A stretch of 64,000 bases of DNA from contig OX597827.1 of assembly GCA_951406725.2 (NCBI GenBank), positions 77,624,001-77,688,000 on the forward strand, read 5' to 3'. Both the position numbers and the translations under genes were made by a program. Under the pieces are notes generated by a model that ran no database searches, had not been told where the DNA came from, and saw nothing but the letters and a program-made list of their open reading frames with translations. This document shows, piece by piece, positions 57,967 to 64,000 of this stretch. Every line of letters begins with the position of its first letter. Within the stretch, counting starts at the first letter, position 1. This stretch comes from Octopus vulgaris. Lineage: Eukaryota.

Positions 57967-60280
57967 GTACTGTTGTTGAATATCTCACGTTGTGAGATTT
58001 TAAAATGGTAATTTTCTAATTATTCTTTTTGCATGTAAGGCAGCAATCTGGCAGAATTGTTAGAAGGCCAGGCAAAATGCTTAGCAGTATTTCGTCTGCT
58101 GCTACGTTCTGAGTTCAAATTCTGCTGAGGTTGACTTTGCCTTTCTTCCATTTGGAGTTGATAAATTGAGTACCAGTGAAACACTGGGGTCGACATAATG
58201 CACTATCTCCCAACCCCAAATTTCAGGCCTTGTGCCTAGAGTAGAAAGGATCATTCTTCTTGTACAGGACAACCTCCCTAATATTGGTTGTGGAGCAATA
58301 AAATACCTGCAGTGTATGGCTGTGAGGCAGCCACAATCACAAAGTTAGCCAGTTTTGTCTTTTGCTGTGTGTGTCAGATGTTACAAACTTTGAGGAGCGA
58401 CAAGACCCCTTCAACCCATTCCAGCATGGACAAACAGACTGACAAAGGTGGTGAAGGTGATACCTGACTCCTCTCCCTATGGTCAACTCCTTGTGGGTTG
58501 GGGTGGCATTCTGGACTTTAGGTTGTAGTCTTGCCCTGTTGCCTCAAACACACCTTGGATTTTGAATACCATTAGAGGGGTCCACCTGGTTGCAAGCATT
58601 TTGGTGTGAGGACAACATCGCCCCTTTCTCCTTCTAATTTTGGAGAACTTGGACAATGCATGCCCTTTGTCCTCTGGCTAAGTCCCAAGTCCTGGATGTG
58701 TGTTTGTATCCTGTGAGTAGTAAAGGTGAAGGCATATATTGGATAACTGGAGACTGGAGCTTCATTGAGACAATGAAGGAGGCCTTTGCAAAGTAACTCC
58801 TCCTGCTAGAAGTAGCAGTCGAATATTCCTCAAAACAATTCCTACTATCTTCAATGACAAAAGAGTACATTAGTGGAACCCTAAGCATGCCTTTAAAATG
58901 AAGGGGTAGTCACAGTTTTTTATCATAGGTTTTACTGGATCAGATTCGATCTGGGCCCAAACAGCTACTGGGGTCACACACATGCACATGCATGCATACA
59001 CACACACACATTCGGTTCCTACAATTTCCGTTTACCAAACACTCTCACATGGCATTGTTTGGCCCAGGGCTATAGTAGAAGACCCTTGCCCAGGGCAGTG
59101 TGCCACACACTGGAACTGTACCCCAAACCATGAGGTTTGCATGTGGTTGACCACCCACCCACACCTGCACCTACGATATTTGATAATTTCTCCCTCTGCT
59201 TTCACCTTTTAATTAATCTTTCTCATCTACATGAGCAGATATTAACTTACAACAGTGTGTGTGTGTGTGTGTGCCCCTCTCTCTCTACTTGTCTTGATAT
59301 TGTGTAAACAAATATCACCATTCAAGCAGCGACATCTGTTGCCAATGCTTTGTGAGAGCATGTCTGGCCACGGAGAAATATTACCTTGCTTGGTGACAGG
59401 AAGGGCATCCAGCCGTAGGGAACCTGCCCCAGTAAGACCCATGTGAGCTTGGTAAAATAGACATTAAAGTGATGATGATGATCACATCATCATCATCATT
59501 TAACATTTGTTTTCTATGCTGGCATGGATTGGGGGGTGGGGTTTAGTATTGAGCAGGGTGGGGTGACTTTGTGCCAGTTGATGAATAGGTTAAAAGAATG
59601 ACAGTGGAATGGAGATGAGTGTCTTGGTGTAGACGAGATGTGAGGATACCCCAATTGGGAAGAAAAAAAGAGAGAGGGAGGAAAACAGCGATGGTGGTAG
59701 GTATATGTGAAGACACCCTCAAAGGTACAGTTGGGGTAAATATAGATGAAGTGATACAGGGTATTGCACTGGGTGAGTAGGGGTGGGCGTGGGGAATTTC
59801 ATAAGAATGTGAAGAGAGTTGGTGAGATGGGATAAAACCGATTGTAGTAACTGAAGGTGAGAGACAGGAGTGACTCGGGTGGAGAGCGAGGGGGTGAGGG
59901 CATAGGGGGTTGGTAGGAGATTAAAGAGGTATTAAGGATGTATAGTAGAGGGCAGAGAGAGGTTGGCTGGAGGAAGGTAACGAAAGGGGTCTGGGGGTAT
60001 AGTGCATGCCTGTTCTGCTCTCAGGTGATTGTAGTGGCTGAATGATATTAGAGATAAAGGAGTGATGAGTGTTGGGGAATGAGGTGTTGGGGTAGAACCC
60101 AGCAAGTACTAGTATTTACCAAGGTGGTTGCAGGATATCAATTCTGTTGTAGTTGTTGGGTCTTCTCAAGCACAGCAAAATGCCAGGTGTCTTGGTTCTT
60201 CCTCTTCAGCATCTTCAGATCAGCTCTTAATACTTTGTTCCATATGTTTCTGGGTTTCCCTCTTCCATAAATTATATATA

Positions 60281-60485
60281 CAGCGTTGGCCAAAAGTCAC
60301 CCAACAGTAAATCAAAATTCAATTTTATTTACTCATTCCATTTATGAATGCTGTGAGTTAAAATCACCATTTTTTTTTTCAACATTTGTCTATTTATTAT
60401 TGAAGTCTCATATAAAATTATTTTTTTTTGTTTTAATCTTGGAATTGGTTTTGATTTAGTGTCAGGCAACTTTTGGCTAACCCTG
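60281..60485. mobile_element. Tc1/mariner-type MITE
   Basis: TA|CAGCGTTGGCCAAAAGTCACCCAAC ... GTCAGGCAACTTTTGGCTAACCCTG|TA. Confidence 0.75.
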
Positions 60486-61087
60486 TATATATAGATGTTT
60501 CCAATCTAGTTTGGATTCTTTGCCATCAAATTTGAATTCTTTGCAATCAAATCTGATGGCAAAGAATCCAAATTAGATCGAAAACATCTATATATATATA
60601 TAAATATAAACATAGGTGCAGGAGTGGGTGTGTGGTAAGTAGCTTGCTTACCAACCACATGGCTCCAGGTTCAGTCCCATTGCATGGCACCTTGGGCAAG
60701 TGTCTTCTACTATAGCCTCGGGCCGACCAAAGCCCTGTGAGTGGATTTGGTAGACGGAAACTGAAAGAAGCCCATCGCATACCCTTTACTCTCTTTTATT
60801 CTTTATATATATATATATATAAAAATAATGTGTGTGTGTTCCTGTATTCGTCTCTCCACCATCGCTTGACAACCGGTGTTTTTATATGCCACCAGCATGA
60901 GGGCCAGTCAGGTGGTACTGGTAACGGCCACGCTCGAATGGTGTTTTTTTACATGCCACCTGCAGAGGAGCCAGCCCTGTGGCACTGGCAATGACCTCGC
61001 TCAAATGTTTCTCACATGCCACCGGTAAGGCGATGCTGGTAACGATCACGCTCGAATGGTGCTTTTGACGTGCAACTGGCATGGGAG

Positions 61088-61430
61088 CCAGTCAGTGGCC
61101 CTGGCAAGAGGACTGAGGACTTGATGGGGATGCTGAGGTTTGGGGAATCAGTGGAACGGCTGGCAAGGGCAAATGGAGTGCAGTGGTCTAGGCATGTGTT
61201 GAGGAGGGATGAGGAGCATGTGTTGAAGAGGGTGCTAGAGTTTGAGGTAAATGGACAGCGAAGCAAGGTAGACCGAGGAAAATGTGGAGGGTTCGCTTGA
61301 GAAGGGAGGATGCCCAAAACCGGGTGAGATGGTGTGAGGACAGTTGCTATGGCACTGAGGCAGATCCAGCCACCTCCATTAACGGGGACAAAACCCAGGT
61401 TCAAAATGATGGATGATGATAATGATGACA
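61088..61430 (+). mobile_element. Second RTE-clade LINE family, ORF2 C-terminal relic
   Basis: EDLMGMLRFGESVERLARANGVQWSRHVLRRDEEHVLKRVLEFEVNGQR..GRPRKMW matches the RTE pattern W.GHV.R...G.R..GRP.K.W; ends in GATGAT. Confidence 0.8.
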
Positions 61431-61778
61431 GGCTTCTTTCAGTTTCCATATGCCAGATCCACTCATGGTTGTAGGAGACATTTGCCCAAGGTATCATGTA
61501 TTAGTTTTAGTGCACATATGTCCTGCAGTCATATTAACCCTTTCGTTAACAACCTGGCTGAAACCAGCTCTGGCTCTGAGTACAAATGTCCTGTTTTCAT
61601 AAGTTCTGAATTAAAATCTTCCACCAAACCTTAGTCACAATTTATGTTCCTAACACTAGCTTAATGATAACGAATGGGGGTTAATTTTCTTTTAATTTCT
61701 TCTCTTTATTATTGTTATTAATTATTGTTCTTTTCTCCCGATGAATGTTTCACCTTTGGTTAAGAATCTTTTCTGAAA

Positions 61779-61809
61779 CTCTTCTTCCTCTTTTCTCTCT
61801 TCACAGCAG
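61779..61809 (+). promoter_or_regulatory. 3' splice acceptor with tandem NAGNAG for the zinc-finger exon
   Basis: Polypyrimidine tract ctcttcttcctcttttctctctt followed by cacAG|cAG (AG at 61805-61806 and 61808-61809), 23 or 20 nt before the Kozak ATG. Confidence 0.8.
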
Positions 61810-61829
61810 TGTACAGCTGTCGTTCCACC

Positions 61830-64000
61830 ATGGAGAGATACAGCAGTGACAAAAGCAGCCATTCCGATATGTCTGGCAAACAATTCTCTCACCGACACCT
61901 ACAGCAGGCTAGAATGTCTCATATGAACAAAAAGCACGGCAACAGCGAAATAGCCGTGAAGCAGTTCGCTCCTCACCGACACGCCGCTTACCAAACGGCT
62001 TTGTTCCCTGTTACCATGCCTATGCCCCACATGACTCTCATTCCAGCCCATTCGGAGGCCCTGTCGGGTAAACACTTCTCTCACCTCCAGCATCATCATC
62101 AACAACAGCAACAGCAGCAAGTGTCCATGGCATCGATCGTTGACAAATCCCCCACACACAGCGACATTGTTAACAAGCACTTCTCCCCTCACAGCCATAA
62201 TAGCTTGCAACAACAACAGCAGCCTCCCCTTCCTCCTCCTCCACCTCCTCCCTCTCTGACGCCGACCCAGATCAGGATGTCACACCTTGTCGAGAAATCA
62301 ATGCACCACGCGGAGATCTCCGGCAAGCAGTATTCCCACAGCCTACAATTGCAACAACAACAACAGCAACAACAACAACACTCTCTGTCCCATTTGCCTG
62401 AAAAGTCCAGCCATTCCCAATTATCTGGTAAACAATATTCTCATTCGCACAGCCTACATCATCATCAGCAGCAGCAACAGCAGCAGCGGATGTCCCGTAT
62501 AGCGGAGAAGTCGAGCCACAGTGAGATGTCTGGCAAACAATATTCGCACTCCCAGAGCATGCATTCTCAAAGAATGTCCGACATCCTTGAGAAATTGAAC
62601 CCTGGCAGTGAGATCAGCAGTAAACCGTACGTCCATTCGCCAGACATATCAGCTGGCCATCGGCTGCCACACGTCAGTGAAAAGTCCAGCTCAGGACACC
62701 GTGAGGACTTGACCAGTAAGTACTCCCAGTCTCACACGGGCATCCAATCCGACCGGATGTCGCTGTTGTCTTCGGACAAAACTGGGGTCAGTGGTGGCAG
62801 CAGCAGCAGTCCGACGGGCAAATCGCAGTTCAACCCGACCCACATGCACAGTTCCATGGTGTCCCCACCCCACCAACAGATGTCTCACCTCTCCGAGACC
62901 ATGTTCCCCAACAACATCTACACGAGTCAGTACTCCCAGCCGTGTTACCTGCCTGTCTCCACACCACCTACTGCCACCACGCCCACTTCGGCTTCCACAC
63001 CTGATCGGATATTGTCCCCAACCGCACCTGTTATAAGCTCAGGTATAACTTCCAAGCAACAACAACAACAACAACAGCAGCAGCAGCAACAACAACAGCA
63101 ACAACAACAGCAGCAGCAGCAACAACAACAAGTATCTGCTGAGAAATCGTACAGCAGCAACAACAATCATGAGAAGTCTCTTTCGTATCAAAATGACATC
63201 GGCCACAAACAGTACAGTATCGGCAAGTCGTTACCCACATCAACCAGTCAGCAGCAACAGCCACAACAACAACAACAACAACAGCAGCAGCAGCCACAGC
63301 AACAACAACAACAACAACCACACTATCATCGAAAGGAGAAAATGAAGGAGAAGCAGCTGTTTTGTGATTACTGTGGTAAGAAATTTCCCGATGAGGACAT
63401 GATGCAAGCGCATCGTCTGACTCATGTCGGAGGTAAAGCTTTCCACTGTGACATTTGTTTCAAGCAATTTTCGCGCAGAGATACCATGCAGCGACACCGG
63501 AAGAACCACATGGAGTCGAATCCGAGCGTCGACTCCACTGGAACCAGCGATAACATCTCACTGAACAACTCTGATCACGGACCGACGATGATGTCACACA
63601 GCATGTCAACAATGTCTAGCTCCCTCTCCCCCAACCAGTCCTCTATGGCAGGTACCGTCCCTTATGTTAGCTCTCCACCAGTCCCTCCTACTGGAACCTT
63701 GAACTATCTACCATCTATACCGAAAACGCCAAAACCGAGAGCTCCAAGGAGTTCAAGACCTGACGACAAGACCTACCAATGTGATATTTGTTTGAAACAG
63801 TTTGCCCAACGTTATTACCTACAGATCCATCGGAGGACCCACACTGGGGAAAAACCATACCAGTGTGACTTTTGTATTCAGAAGTTTTCTCGCAGGGACA
63901 CGTTACAGATCCACCGAAGAACTCATACTGGGGAGAAACCGTACCAGTGTGAGATCTGTCTTCGACTGTTTGCTCAAAGTGACAAACTACGAGCCCACAA
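61830..64000 (+). CDS. C2H2 (Kruppel-type) zinc-finger protein, large coding exon, 3'-truncated by window edge (723 or more codons)
   Basis: Hand-translated ORF with no stop, starting at ccaccATGG (61830): MERYSSDKSSHSDMSGKQFSH... with polyQ/H tracts. Fingers: CDYCGKKFPDEDMMQAHRLTH (from 63363), CDICFKQFSRRDTMQRHRKNH, then CDICLKQFAQRYYLQIHRRTH-TGEKPYQ-CDFCIQKFSRRDTLQIHRRTH-TGEKPYQ-CEICLRLFAQSDKLRAH. Canonical TGEKP linkers. The frame is also open back to the acceptor, so an upstream coding exon cannot be excluded. Confidence 0.96.
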   Translation, partial: MERYSSDKSSHSDMSGKQFSHRHLQQARMSHMNKKHGNSEIAVKQFAPHRHAAYQTALFPVTMPMPHMTLIPAHSEALSGKHFSHLQHHHQQQQQQQVSMASIVDKSPTHSDIVNKHFSPHSHNSLQQQQQPPLPPPPPPPSLTPTQIRMSHLVEKSMHHAEISGKQYSHSLQLQQQQQQQQQHSLSHLPEKSSHSQLSGKQYSHSHSLHHHQQQQQQQRMSRIAEKSSHSEMSGKQYSHSQSMHSQRMSDILEKLNPGSEISSKPYVHSPDISAGHRLPHVSEKSSSGHREDLTSKYSQSHTGIQSDRMSLLSSDKTGVSGGSSSSPTGKSQFNPTHMHSSMVSPPHQQMSHLSETMFPNNIYTSQYSQPCYLPVSTPPTATTPTSASTPDRILSPTAPVISSGITSKQQQQQQQQQQQQQQQQQQQQQQQQQVSAEKSYSSNNNHEKSLSYQNDIGHKQYSIGKSLPTSTSQQQQPQQQQQQQQQQPQQQQQQQPHYHRKEKMKEKQLFCDYCGKKFPDEDMMQAHRLTHVGGKAFHCDICFKQFSRRDTMQRHRKNHMESNPSVDSTGTSDNISLNNSDHGPTMMSHSMSTMSSSLSPNQSSMAGTVPYVSSPPVPPTGTLNYLPSIPKTPKPRAPRSSRPDDKTYQCDICLKQFAQRYYLQIHRRTHTGEKPYQCDFCIQKFSRRDTLQIHRRTHTGEKPYQCEICLRLFAQSDKLRAH

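Noticed and set aside
59520-60090. G/purine-rich segment with G4 potential
   Set aside because: Irregular low-complexity sequence; no specific structure or origin could be supported by eye.
61899-63509. Short listed ORFs on the minus strand and alternative frames (polyC, polyV, polyL)
   Set aside because: Shadows of the real + strand zinc-finger frame.

Overview
Eukaryotic, AT-rich, repeat-saturated genomic DNA. The SINE/RTE/microsatellite repertoire and zinc-finger style strongly suggest a coleoid cephalopod, probably Octopus (inferred from recalled repeat families, not from a search). Almost every ORF in the supplied track is a microsatellite artefact. The one clear protein-coding sequence is missing from the track because it has no stop inside the window: a large + strand exon (acceptor 61805-61806, Kozak ATG 61830, open to 64000). 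It encodes a His/Gln/Ser-rich protein with four complete C2H2 fingers and a fifth cut by the window edge. Its N-terminal part looks like about 9 or more 'ghost' C2H2 fingers whose Cys ligands have mostly become Ser and whose helices are invaded by polyQ/H. The rest of the window holds tRNA-derived SINEs, RTE and CR1 LINE 3' ends, a DD37D (maT) transposase relic, non-autonomous Helitrons, and hAT, Tc1 and piggyBac-type MITEs. It also holds short Penelope-pLTR-like elements carrying minimal hammerhead ribozyme motifs, several with non-canonical cores, and several long fold-back structures. Repeat boundaries were read by eye and are approximate unless a TSD or TIR is quoted.
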